From Nemertoderma westbladi (taxonomy: Eukaryota > Animalia > Xenacoelomorpha), in NCBI GenBank assembly GCA_032718475.1, contig JAUCBJ010005896.1:1-37193 (forward strand): a DNA stretch of 37,193 nt, read 5' to 3'. Shown one piece after another: positions 1-10,298 of the stretch (positions are counted from its first letter, which is position 1; each line of letters begins with the position of its first letter). Below the pieces are notes generated by a model. It searched no databases, was not told the DNA's origin, and was given only the letters and a program-made list of their open reading frames with translations. Both the position numbers and the translations under genes were made by a program.

Positions 1-3000
1 CTGGTAACTGATCTTTTCCTTTAGAAACCTGTCGGATATCTTGTATTTGGGGAGATCAACATGACAGCATGGACAGCATAATTTGACAACATGGACTCGT
101 GCAGATGTTGATGGAGCATCATCACTATGGATCTTTGTCCCGGAGTAACGATGATGAAAACATCGTTTTAAATAGGTAACAGCTTTACAGAGCCGATTCC
201 AGGAACTGTAGTGACGTATCGCTCTCTGCAAGAGAGGTGAGAGTCCTTGCGAGATATCTGGTATTCCAGATTTCCAATCCTTGTCACGGATTTCCAAGAC
301 TTCTTTAGTCGTGGCGGTGGGTTTCTGATCCAAAGCATCCTCTCCGGAAGTAAATAATACAGATAGATCAACCGCAGGTTTAAACAACTTCGATTTACTC
401 GCTCGAGTTTTGGGTTTAACTTTCTCCGCTCCCTTGGCCTGTCTGATCTCTGCTGTTGTGAGATGGGGAGGCCATTCTTCTTCTTCTCTGTAGAGAAAGT
501 CGGGTCCTCCTAACCATTCGGGAGTATTTACCAATTCCTTTGGAGTCGCTCCTCGGGACGCGATGTCTGCTGGATTAATCGTTCCGGGGCAATGTCTCCA
601 TTGGTCCATCGTCGTGCGACTAAGTATGATGGCTACCCTGTTGGTAACGAAGACGCTGAACTGACAGACTTCATTGGTTATATACTCTAACACGAGTAAA
701 GCGTCGGTCCAATAGACAGTTTTCTCTAATGTATAGTCAATCTGTTCGGTTACATTCCGGCCGATGGCTGTAGCGTATAGAGCCGCTTTTAACTCCGCTC
801 GAGGAACTTTCAACTTGTTGTTGATTAATGCCTTAGAAGTAACCAAGGCGACTTTGATTCCATCCGGAGTTTCCACTCTTAGGTAGGCTACTATACCGAT
901 TCCCATATCGCTGGCGTCTCCAAACACATGGAGTTGATAGGAATACGTAGGGAGAACATGACCAAAATATGAACGGGAAATTATAAAATCCTCGATGGCC
1001 GGTAGAGAATCTTCCCATTTCATCCACTTCTTCAATAATTCTCCCTTAAGTGGATCGTCCCATGAGTGGTTTTCAAGCCACATTTGTTGTACCAAACTTC
1101 GAGCAATCAATATAACTGGGCTAATAAATCCCAATGGATCGAAATAAGTGCTCAGTATACTTAAGCAAATCCGTTTGGTTCGAACTGGATTATCTCGCTG
1201 TTTTAGCTGGAAAAACAGGATATCTCGCTCTGTGTCCCATTTCAAGCCGAGTGTCTTGGTTTCTGGCAGATCATCTTTGATCAAATCGAGATCTTTCGCT
1301 CCTCGATCTTCCGCAGGGATCGACTCCAGAAACTCACGGGAGTTGCTGGTGAATTTGGTTAATCGAAATCCACCTCTTTTTAAGCACTCTACCGTTCCCT
1401 TAGCGACCTCAATGGCTTCCTCAACTGATGGGAGGGACTTCAGATTGTCGTCCATGTATATGTCTCTCTTGATGTTGTCGATCACTTCCTTAGAGAATGC
1501 CTCTCGGTTGTCCTCTGCAGTAGTACGCACTACCGAACAGGCGTTGGAAGGGCTTGAGATTATCCCAAAGGCCTGGATGGTCATCCAGTACTCCACCGGT
1601 TTCTGGTTGAGGTCTCCTTCGGGCCACCATAGAAATCGTAAGCTATCTCGATCCCTATCCAACACTTTGACTTGCAAGAACATGCCTTCTATATCGGAGG
1701 CGAAAGCAATCGAATATTGTCTCAATCTTAAAAGAATTCCCAACAAAGATTGAAGTAAGTTGGGTCCGGGTAACAATTCAGAGTTAAGGGATTGACCCAT
1801 GTAAAGAGCGGAGCCATCAAACACTACTCTCACTTCATTGGGCTTACCGGGTTTAGGAACGTAATGGTGAGTTAAATAATACGTTCTTTCAGTCACAGGT
1901 GTTTCTTCCGGTACCCTCTCCGCGTATCCCTTATTAATAAATTTTTCCAGCTGTGTTTGATACATTGCTTTAGCTGAAGAATTAGCCGTAAGGCGTCGAT
2001 GGAGTTGCGCGATTCTTTTTTCCGCCAAAGGTCTGTTATTGATGAACTTCGGTTCTCTCTTGCGAAAAGGTAAACCGACTTCGTATCTTCCTTGATCTTT
2101 GAGGAAACGTGTAGTTGTCTCTTGGATCTGCTTGGCCCTTTCCTCTTCCACCGACAAGGCTTTATCGTAGGAATTGGGCTCTACCGCCTCTTGCGTAAAG
2201 AATCGTACAGCATGTTCATCTCGAGTCTTGGCATTGCAACGCTCAATGACGTCATTTAATTCGTCGTTATAAGCTTCTCGTTCAGATGGATAGAGAAGTT
2301 GACATAAGTTCACTTGGTTTTGCCAAGCCTCGTTTTCCTTAAGGAGATCGATGGTATTCTCCTCATCAAAAAGCTGGTGAACATCGTCGTTATCTGAGGA
2401 GTATGGAATTCCCTCAGTTGAATCGTCTCCCTCACTAGCATCATCTTCCCATTCACTCACCTGGCAGACTCTCTCTTGCGGTAGTCTTTCTCTGAGTGTT
2501 CTACGGGAAGGGCCAGTAAAGTACCAACCTACTCTAGTTCTTACCGCATAGGTCTGTAGGGGCTGCGGTTGAGCAGGCCGTTTCTCTAATGTCTCCAGCG
2601 CCTCATGCGCGTTTTGGCCGATGAGTATTTGCACTCCAGGATAATCAGTCTGGAATCGAGGTATGTTAAGATGTTGGATGCTCTCATCCTCGTCCCAATT
2701 ATAAAGGTCTGCTTGAGTAGTAGCGAAGTTCTTTATAGCCACCATTTTCACTGACCTTATGCTGTTTTCTCCTAGTTCGTCCTGGGGGGTGGACAACGCT
2801 CCTACATAATAATCAGCTGTTATTGTAGATTTCCAAACTTGCATAATGCCTGACATGTTGAGCTTAGTTTGGAACTTGGGTTGTCCAGCAAATATATCTT
2901 CGGCTAACTCTTTATCGATGAATGTTCCTGTGCTGCCGGAGTCCAGGAGGGCGTTCACTACATAACTCCGTTTAGGTCCGTGCACCCTTACCTGCACCAC

Positions 3001-6000
3001 AGGAAACTCTCGGATCCCTACATTGGAAGATGGCTCTTTCCAAGATGGTTGTCGTTCAGAAGTAGTTAGAGTGAAGTCGCTGTCTGTATCCTTTTCATAT
3101 GTGAGTGCTCGATACACTGCGGTATTTATCATGTAACAGGATTCGTTTTCGTCGGAGAACTCATCTGTATAGAATCCTTCCATCTCAGATTGATCAGTGT
3201 CGTTCACATCACTGAATTGGACATGTAGCTCAGAATCACTTACCTGATTCGGACTATTTCGATCGAATTCAGCGTGCAACAAGATATGATGTTTCGCACC
3301 ACACTTTGCACACCTTATGTCAGAGAAACAGGTTCGCCGTTGGTGTCCTTGTCTGAGGCAATTATAACATAACCGCTTATCCCACATGACTTCGCGTCTC
3401 TCTGTTAATGATTTCTTTAGAAATTCATCACACCTATTCAAATGGTGGGTCCCGTCGCACAGTGCACATTTCGGTTTGATGTTACTTACCTTATTTTGAG
3501 TCACATTGTGTACACTTGCCTTTTCTTCGGGCTTTCTCACCTGAATTCTCTTGGGAGACGTGGGAGGAGTTTTTCTTACCTGTTCCCTCCTGTCATTTGT
3601 TCGAGACTTGAATTTACTTACCTGATCTTTAGGCATTTTATTCACGTAATAAGATCTATCCGTGTCCTTCCCGCTATCTTCTCCTTGAGAAGTTTGGCTT
3701 TCGCCGTCATCAGTATAACATACTGGTGTTACCTTTCTCCTAGAGACGGGTTTTTCACTTACCTTGCTTTCCGGTGTCTTCTCTCTGGACAGTTTCAGGA
3801 GCTGTAATTTCACTTCTCCATCTAGGAATGACATGAGATCAGCCATGGTAGGGTCTCGCCGTTGTTGTTCCATCATATATAACACTTTCTTATCCCAGCG
3901 TGTACCTACTCCACCTTTAGGTAAAGTAGAAGCCACTGCTCTAATAACCATAGTGTTCTGATACTCATGAGACTTACCTAGCCAATCTAATTGTCTGCAG
4001 ATCTCCTGGATCTCATCGGAAAACTCGATAATTCCGCTACTAATAAACTTTCGGGGCGCTACTAACTTTGCATACAAGTACCCAGCGATATTATTCCTAT
4101 TACCATACCTGATGTTTAGTGTATCCCAAACTTGTCTTAATCCGTCTGGATGTCCAATAAACTTTAACGCCATTAACTTGGGAGATCCTTCCAAGCACTC
4201 GATGAGGTATCTAAGTTTTTCTCCATTAGATAGTACAGAGTTCTGTATGTTATCTTTGTAATATTCATTAAAAGGTAACCATTTCATCTCATCTCCATTG
4301 AACTTGACGATCTCTCCCACCTTTACCGCTTGCCGGGCTTCGGTTCTAGCCATTTGACGCGTAAAACTTTCTTGGGCCATCGTGTTATTTAATATCGAGT
4401 TATCGGTATATAAATTTCTCGGATTATGATCCGGTCTATAGGGAATATCATTATCAACAGGTCTATAATTACCCTTAATAGGGTTCACTATAGGAGTTTC
4501 TACTTCGCTAGCAGTATAGATGCGTGTAGGCTCCACACCTTGCGCATGAGATACTTCAGACCTAACGGGTTGACACATTGTTACAGAGGGTGGTGGTATA
4601 CCCTTTTTTAAGTTTACTAATTTATCGCGTTCTAACGCGATACTTTGCTGCACTTCTTGCAACTCTAACTTACTTTCCCTCACTGTTCCTTTTAAATGTT
4701 GGACAGTCCCTTCCAACTCTCGGACCTGTTGGGAAGAGCGTATCCGATTCTCCTTCATCTCTCCTAGGAGAATATCCATCCCCCGCCGTCTCTCGTCTAC
4801 CCAATCAACCGCCGAAACGGGATCCGCCAACGTCGTAGCGGGCAGACGAGGGACAACGGGCGACAAATTTGGAATATTTCGCTCGGGGTCCAGGACCTGA
4901 ACTGTCTCCTGGGCAGTTCTACGGGGCACAGGTAGCTTAGTGCTATGCAGAGGGAATTTATAGGTAGCTTCAGGGAGCACAGGTGTATCTATTACCGAAG
5001 GGGTGATTTCAAGAACAGGCCTACTTATTTCAGGCTCATCTACTATAGTAGGGAGTCTTTCTATTGTAATTATTTGGTCTGTGGGTTCTGTACTCTCTAA
5101 GTTGGTGTTATTTAGTTGCCTTCTAACAGCTGGAGGCAAATCAGGCAATTTCTGACGGTGGAATGTTCTTTTACGTCTGCTTAGGCGGGATCGATTTCCT
5201 CCGCCTTCAGTGTCGGTGGTATCGCCTTCCTCAGATGATGTATAACCTTGTCGTTTGGGAGTAGATCGATTCATCATCTGCATATTACTAGCTGTTAACT
5301 GTTTATTAAAGTTATCTTGCCTCTCTTGAAGATTTTCCAACTCTAGTTGGGTTGTCTCTTCAGATGCCCTCCGTTCTGCTTCTGCCACTGCTATCTTTCT
5401 TTCCGCTTCTGCAGCTGCCGCTTTTGCCTCTGCCGCTGCCGCTTTCCTTTCCGCTTCTACGGCTGCAGCTGCCGCTTTTGCCTCTGCCGCTGCCGCTTTT
5501 ATTGCTGCAGCTGCCGCTTTTGCCTCTGCCGCTGCCTCTGCTGCCTTTCTTTCCGCTTCTGCCGCTGCCACTGCCGCTGCTGCTGTCTTTCTATCTTCTA
5601 TACGTTTTTTCCTTACTTGTTCTTCCTTTTCTCTAGCGATGCGGAGTTGTTCATCGAATTTAGCTTGGTTCGCCGCTAACCTATCCACATCAATCGCATC
5701 TAACACAAGTTTGGCTCCTTCGCTATTAGGGCTAAGTCCCTCTAGCCTTCTCCTCAACTCTTCATCTCCCAAAAAACGCTGATAGTCTGACAGATAGATA
5801 TCAATGGCATCCTTCTTATGCGGTTTCTCTGCCGTCGCTTCACTTTCCACTTGGGAAAAAGTAGCGTCCGTCGATTCTCCATGGGTTGAGCGCTCCTCCA
5901 ACTGAGCTTTCCACTGAGCTGCTCCTTGAACCTGGCGTCTCACCCTTTGAAGCCAAGTCTTTACGGCAACTTGCAACGACGTGTCTTGTCTTCTTTTAGA

Positions 6001-6762
6001 AGCCTCCTCAAAGGCGGATAAGATTAGCCTAATTCGCAGAACTCTTTCTCTAACTTGATAAAGCAGCTGTCCCTGCTCTTGAGGTCCTTGAGGTTGTTTA
6101 AACAGTTGTCTTTCTACTCGCTCCATAGAGCTGAAGAATCCCTGTGCGTATCCGGCTGCGGACCTCTTCCATACAGCTGGATCGATGGTTTCCTTGGCTA
6201 CTCCCATCCGGTGTATGTCTTCCCAGGCAGCTTCTGATAAATCAAACGGGAGTCCGGGTCCGGGGAAGTTCCATTGCGACTCGACAATAGACTTCAATTC
6301 TTCCCTCGTGTACCCCGCATAACTATCTCTAGTTGATCGTTGACTCCTCGCCCAATCGATCTGGTGTTCTTCCACCGCGATCAATAACCTAGTGAGTACG
6401 GCTGCAGGAAGGATGAGAAGGGGATCCGTATAAACCGCATCCGTCATCTCTGCTCCGCGCTCGGGTGTCAGCTCTACAGTATCCTCACTACTGGAGCTGC
6501 TGGGCCGCTGAGGAATAAGTTCTTGACTCGCGGGTTGTTGCTGTTCCGCTGCTTCTTGGTCCCGCTTGACCTGAGCTCGAGTGCCTATGATAGACCTACG
6601 ATGTTGGACTAGCCTAGGTTCTGTTATTACTACTGGAGGGATGACCTTCCTCACAGTGGGAGGTGAACTGAATTTACGACCAGACGGTTGTACGTCTCTA
6701 TCTGAGTCGCAGATAGTTACATCTAATATACTGTCTGACAGGTTCTGCTTAGTATCAGACAT
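1..6762 (-). CDS. Single Gag-Pol polyprotein, partial (>=2254 aa): ~660-aa N-terminal extension, Gag (DUF1759-like + 3 zinc knuckles), aspartic protease, RT, RNase H
   Basis: ATG at 6762 (MSDTKQNLSD...). Motifs checked by hand all fall in this frame: knuckle CYNC (3369), LLDSGSTG (D at 2943), FASDIEGMFLQV (D at 1695), IYMDD (Y at 1458), FDPLGFISPV, LHVFGDAS (D at 918), PRAEL, YWTDA, NPADIASRG. The ORF track lists no stop-terminated ORF in this frame, consistent with it running off the window. Integrase is expected beyond base 1. Confidence 0.9.
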   Translation of the reverse strand, partial: MSDTKQNLSDSILDVTICDSDRDVQPSGRKFSSPPTVRKVIPPVVITEPRLVQHRRSIIGTRAQVKRDQEAAEQQQPASQELIPQRPSSSSSEDTVELTPERGAEMTDAVYTDPLLILPAAVLTRLLIAVEEHQIDWARSQRSTRDSYAGYTREELKSIVESQWNFPGPGLPFDLSEAAWEDIHRMGVAKETIDPAVWKRSAAGYAQGFFSSMERVERQLFKQPQGPQEQGQLLYQVRERVLRIRLILSAFEEASKRRQDTSLQVAVKTWLQRVRRQVQGAAQWKAQLEERSTHGESTDATFSQVESEATAEKPHKKDAIDIYLSDYQRFLGDEELRRRLEGLSPNSEGAKLVLDAIDVDRLAANQAKFDEQLRIAREKEEQVRKKRIEDRKTAAAAVAAAEAERKAAEAAAEAKAAAAAIKAAAAEAKAAAAAVEAERKAAAAEAKAAAAEAERKIAVAEAERRASEETTQLELENLQERQDNFNKQLTASNMQMMNRSTPKRQGYTSSEEGDTTDTEGGGNRSRLSRRKRTFHRQKLPDLPPAVRRQLNNTNLESTEPTDQIITIERLPTIVDEPEISRPVLEITPSVIDTPVLPEATYKFPLHSTKLPVPRRTAQETVQVLDPERNIPNLSPVVPRLPATTLADPVSAVDWVDERRRGMDILLGEMKENRIRSSQQVRELEGTVQHLKGTVRESKLELQEVQQSIALERDKLVNLKKGIPPPSVTMCQPVRSEVSHAQGVEPTRIYTASEVETPIVNPIKGNYRPVDNDIPYRPDHNPRNLYTDNSILNNTMAQESFTRQMARTEARQAVKVGEIVKFNGDEMKWLPFNEYYKDNIQNSVLSNGEKLRYLIECLEGSPKLMALKFIGHPDGLRQVWDTLNIRYGNRNNIAGYLYAKLVAPRKFISSGIIEFSDEIQEICRQLDWLGKSHEYQNTMVIRAVASTLPKGGVGTRWDKKVLYMMEQQRRDPTMADLMSFLDGEVKLQLLKLSREKTPESKVSEKPVSRRKVTPVCYTDDGESQTSQGEDSGKDTDRSYYVNKMPKDQVSKFKSRTNDRREQVRKTPPTSPKRIQVRKPEEKASVHNVTQNKVSNIKPKCALCDGTHHLNRCDEFLKKSLTERREVMWDKRLCYNCLRQGHQRRTCFSDIRCAKCGAKHHILLHAEFDRNSPNQVSDSELHVQFSDVNDTDQSEMEGFYTDEFSDENESCYMINTAVYRALTYEKDTDSDFTLTTSERQPSWKEPSSNVGIREFPVVQVRVHGPKRSYVVNALLDSGSTGTFIDKELAEDIFAGQPKFQTKLNMSGIMQVWKSTITADYYVGALSTPQDELGENSIRSVKMVAIKNFATTQADLYNWDEDESIQHLNIPRFQTDYPGVQILIGQNAHEALETLEKRPAQPQPLQTYAVRTRVGWYFTGPSRRTLRERLPQERVCQVSEWEDDASEGDDSTEGIPYSSDNDDVHQLFDEENTIDLLKENEAWQNQVNLCQLLYPSEREAYNDELNDVIERCNAKTRDEHAVRFFTQEAVEPNSYDKALSVEEERAKQIQETTTRFLKDQGRYEVGLPFRKREPKFINNRPLAEKRIAQLHRRLTANSSAKAMYQTQLEKFINKGYAERVPEETPVTERTYYLTHHYVPKPGKPNEVRVVFDGSALYMGQSLNSELLPGPNLLQSLLGILLRLRQYSIAFASDIEGMFLQVKVLDRDRDSLRFLWWPEGDLNQKPVEYWMTIQAFGIISSPSNACSVVRTTAEDNREAFSKEVIDNIKRDIYMDDNLKSLPSVEEAIEVAKGTVECLKRGGFRLTKFTSNSREFLESIPAEDRGAKDLDLIKDDLPETKTLGLKWDTERDILFFQLKQRDNPVRTKRICLSILSTYFDPLGFISPVILIARSLVQQMWLENHSWDDPLKGELLKKWMKWEDSLPAIEDFIISRSYFGHVLPTYSYQLHVFGDASDMGIGIVAYLRVETPDGIKVALVTSKALINNKLKVPRAELKAALYATAIGRNVTEQIDYTLEKTVYWTDALLVLEYITNEVCQFSVFVTNRVAIILSRTTMDQWRHCPGTINPADIASRGATPKELVNTPEWLGGPDFLYREEEEWPPHLTTAEIRQAKGAEKVKPKTRASKSKLFKPAVDLSVLFTSGEDALDQKPTATTKEVLEIRDKDWKSGIPDISQGLSPLLQRAIRHYSSWNRLCKAVTYLKRCFHHRYSGTKIHSDDAPSTSARVHVVKLCCPCCHVDLPKYKISDRFLKEKISYQ

Positions 6763-6849
6763 GACTATGTATACCGTTGAATGTCTACTGCTGTATTACA
6801 GTCTGAGTAAGTCTAGTAACACAGTATTAACTGCTAGCCTAATAATTAA

Positions 6850-7225
6850 TTACCGGTACTGCTACTCAATGTAGCGTGGTATATATAATATATTAGAATA
6901 CCGGTATGCTTATAGTATATATAAGTATTATTACAAACTAGGTTTATCTCAGAATACCGGTATAATTTTAGCACAAATATATATAAATATATAATAGGCC
7001 TATCGGGAATACCGGTATACAGCTTACAATTTGTAGTATATATAATTCTGGACTAGAATTAATTACAAGTACCGGTATAATTTCAGCCTAAATTTATAGA
7101 AATAAAGATAATAGGCCTATCGTAAATACCGGTCAAACTAGAATTAATTACAGAATACCGGTATGATTTCAACCTAAAATTTATAGAAATAAATATAATA
7201 AGCCTATTATAAATACCGGTATATC
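6850..7225. repeat. AT-rich degenerate tandem repeats with TACCGGTA cores (leader of A)
   Basis: TACCGGT(A) recurs every ~30-60 bp. Homologous to the array at 13071..13330 in B. Confidence 0.8.
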
Positions 7226-8623
7226 AATTATTTTAAATAACTGAATTTCTGAATTTTAAGGGTTACTTGGTTACTTTAACTTACTTTATTACCGTTATTT
7301 AAGCAGTAGTCCAACTGATATTGAGACCTAATGGTTATATGGTAGGCCTACTATTTATAAATCGTTAGATTTGATTTATAATATATATATACCCGTTTTA
7401 ATGGGTTTTGTCAATGTTTGAAATAAATGTTATTATTTCTGGGGAGTAATCACTACACAAAGCGGTGCGCTTTCAGTGAAGTGTTACTTATAGGACACTA
7501 AAACAAATAATTCTAATTTACCTAAGTTACTTAATACTACAAATTACGTACAATTCGGGTTGAGATTACAATCTCTAAATAAACACAAAAATTTACAAAA
7601 ACACAAAATACGAATTTTTAGGGTAATTTTACAAGAAGTCTACAAACCAGTCTAACAAAGGGTTAGAAAACTGGTTATTACAACGGACAGGGTACTACGG
7701 TATTTGAAATAATAAGTAGTAGTAAATACACTGCGTTGTCCAGATAGAAAAATACCACCGCCTGACGACCTATAGCCGTATCGCTATAGGTTCTACGTTA
7801 TGTATCACGGAGTGTTCCTACCTAGAAGTTAATAGAGCTAATCGAACGTGCCTATTAACCACTTTACACCACAAATGTAATGCCTACAATAATTACTTTC
7901 GGAAAGCACTGTACACTAAACCCTAAATTAGGTACGAGTACTTGTACAACAGATAATCAGTAGTTAAATATACTTGAACAGCTAAAAGAACCACGGCATC
8001 TGCTGGAGTGACCGATGCACAAAATCACCAGTCTTTACCTACGCCAAGCAGCCCGTGTAGTACCGGGGTTAATTTAACTATAGTGGTATGTATAACAAAC
8101 ACAATTACTGTAGGAACAAACTTGGGGAATGAATGTTGCGAATAATCGCATAAACTCTGAATAATAAATATTACGCTACGCGTACAAACTACTCAAACAA
8201 AATGCAGACCGAACACTGACAGACTACTCTCAAGCCTAAATAAACTACAGGACATGCAGACTCCGAAATGATTAGGGAGTATGCGTTCTAACCCAGTAGT
8301 ACGACTTATTCTTTAGTTGGGGGTTTACCTTACAGCATTCGCTGCCCCTACTTCCTAACCGTACTTAATCGGACAGATGATCTACACACACTGCAATCCG
8401 TTCGGACTTAACAGCAATCAGACAACAGCTCAGCCTACAGATTGTCTGTACAATCTGATCAGGCTTACACGCCTTCTGTTCAATACTGGCCTACAAATAA
8501 ATAAAACTTGACAGAAATAAGTAAACCATATAAAGGAATAAGGGGTGATCAATCCCTAATCCCTTAAACAGCCTACCGGTATACAACAATCAAATCGAAT
8601 AATACTAGTGTACTTATACGGTA

Positions 8624-8747
8624 GTACCGGTTAGAACAGCTAGGCCTACGGACCTACAGAAGTACCGGTTCTGTCAGTTGGACCTACGGACCTACGGCAG
8701 TACCGGTTCTAGCGGTTGGGCCTACTGACCTACAGATGTACCGGTTC
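8624..8747. repeat. 38-bp tandem repeat (~3.3 copies) in leader of A
   Basis: GTACCGGTT...CCTAC..ACCTAC units start at 8624, 8662, 8700 and 8738. Confidence 0.85.
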
Positions 8748-8802
8748 AGGTTTACCGGTTGACCGGTACTTTCAACTTTATTGCTTACTGCAATAAAGAA
8801 GC

Positions 8803-8814
8803 TATATCCTTTAA
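8803..8814 (-). promoter_or_regulatory. Primer-binding-site position of A (TTAAAGGATATA), non-tRNA, complementary to LTR 9570..9581
   Basis: Directly abuts the LTR 3' CA and does not start with TGG. It is a 12/12 reverse complement of an internal LTR site. Confidence 0.75.
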
Positions 8815-10023
8815 TGTTCGCGCTTTCAGACCTTTGGCAGTTTAACCCGCCAAATTAAGATGTCTTCTAGATATTAAATCGCTTTTTAGCCTATGACAAG
8901 TATTTGATTCACTACACTAGTCGAAACCAATCTGTGCGCGACCATTCACCCGCTGGATATTCCCGGGAGATTGGGTTCGACGGTTTAATTTTATTGCTAT
9001 GTAAGCCTAATGTATTATTCGACTGACAGTATTATATAATCTCTGACAATATTATTCACCTTCGGGAATATTAACAGTTCCTTTAGGACGTGGCGCTTTA
9101 TCTATATAAACAGAGTTATGACTTAAACTACTCACAACGATATGGCTTAATTATAATTCACATATATGGCGCATTCTTTAGGAAATGCTTCTTTAACAGA
9201 CTCACTCATACGCAATGCTGCACAATACTGCACACTAATCTGCCAATCTTCACTGATTTTAGTCACATATAAAAGGAACACAGACTGACTCATGTAGGGT
9301 CTATCAAATAACATTAGATTCACTTCAAACCACTTTAACATAAGTCACAATCGTTATTGGTAACCTTTCTCTCTTACCTTCGGTATATCAAGAATATTGG
9401 GTGTCGGGGTCATTTCTCGTTATTCCAATATAATAATTCATCAACAAATATAATGAATAACCGACAACAAATAGCAGTATGCAGTATTCACAGATCAATC
9501 GTGCCAGTTTGTTTTGAGTTAAGACAATCAGTCAGGTGCGTCAAATGCGAGTTAAATGCGTAATTGCAGTTAAAGGATATATGTCCTTATAATTAAACCT
9601 ACTAGTGTTGAGCTAAAAAGCAGAAAACATAAAACACTACAAAGCCGTTCTTTCGTGGCTTTGAAAAACTCGTGACTACTGCTCTATACGAGGATACCAA
9701 CTACCCTTATTCCACGAAGCTCCCGTTCAACACAGAGAAAGAGCAGTGAGATAGGAAAATTTCAGTTCAGTAGCTCTGTGATAGGTCAAAATCAAGGCTA
9801 ACTCAAATTCTATTGGGAGATACAAAAACAAGGCTATGACGCAACCTCCCTAGGCTTGTTGGCCGATTAAACAGAGCCCAGATGCCTGCGTACAGCAAAT
9901 CAGCCAATAAGCTGGTAACTTGCACTATTTTTAGCTATAGATCCCTTTTGAGAGTATTCTAGCGACTGGGGGGGAACTGGCCAACAAGGCGAACGAATCA
10001 GTTATCCCACAAAAGCTTTTACA
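8815..10023 (-). repeat. 5' LTR of element A (1209 bp)
   Basis: On the element strand it starts TGTAAAAGCTTTTG and ends AAAGCGCGAACA, the same termini as B and C. The 3' part is clearly alignable; the first ~400 bp are diverged. Confidence 0.92.
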
Positions 10024-10298
10024 GCTATGCTGCCGACTACAACGACAATAACTGAATTTTATTTACTCATTCTATTTATTTATTTATATTCTACAGTAGA
10101 TAGCCATACTACATAACATTGACGATTGACCCGTCCCAGTAACCCTTTAATTATACTTGTTCGTTTAACATTATTGCATTTTAATATATTAGGACGGATG
10201 CGATTGGTGTATTTTGCGTTAATGTAATTATTTTATTAACTCTTGTCAATAAAATATATAATATATACTGTATGGGGTCTTTTGTTACCCTGGACCAA

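Larger units (their letters stand above)
1..10023 (-). mobile_element. BEL/Pao LTR retrotransposon, element A (5' LTR, long leader, gag-pol; 3' part beyond window start)
   Basis: LTR 8815..10023 with TGT...ACA termini homologous to those of element B. Downstream on the minus strand: Gag zinc knuckles, protease, RT and RNase H in BEL/Pao order with BEL/Pao-type motifs. Confidence 0.95.

Noticed and set aside
1148-1753. 201-aa plus-strand ORF
   Set aside because: Antisense shadow of the RT domain of element A; no independent motif.
5347-5679. Cys/Arg-rich and Leu/Pro-rich ORFs (also 14480..14942 on the minus strand)
   Set aside because: Antisense translations of the GCG/GCA/GAA Ala-rich repeat.
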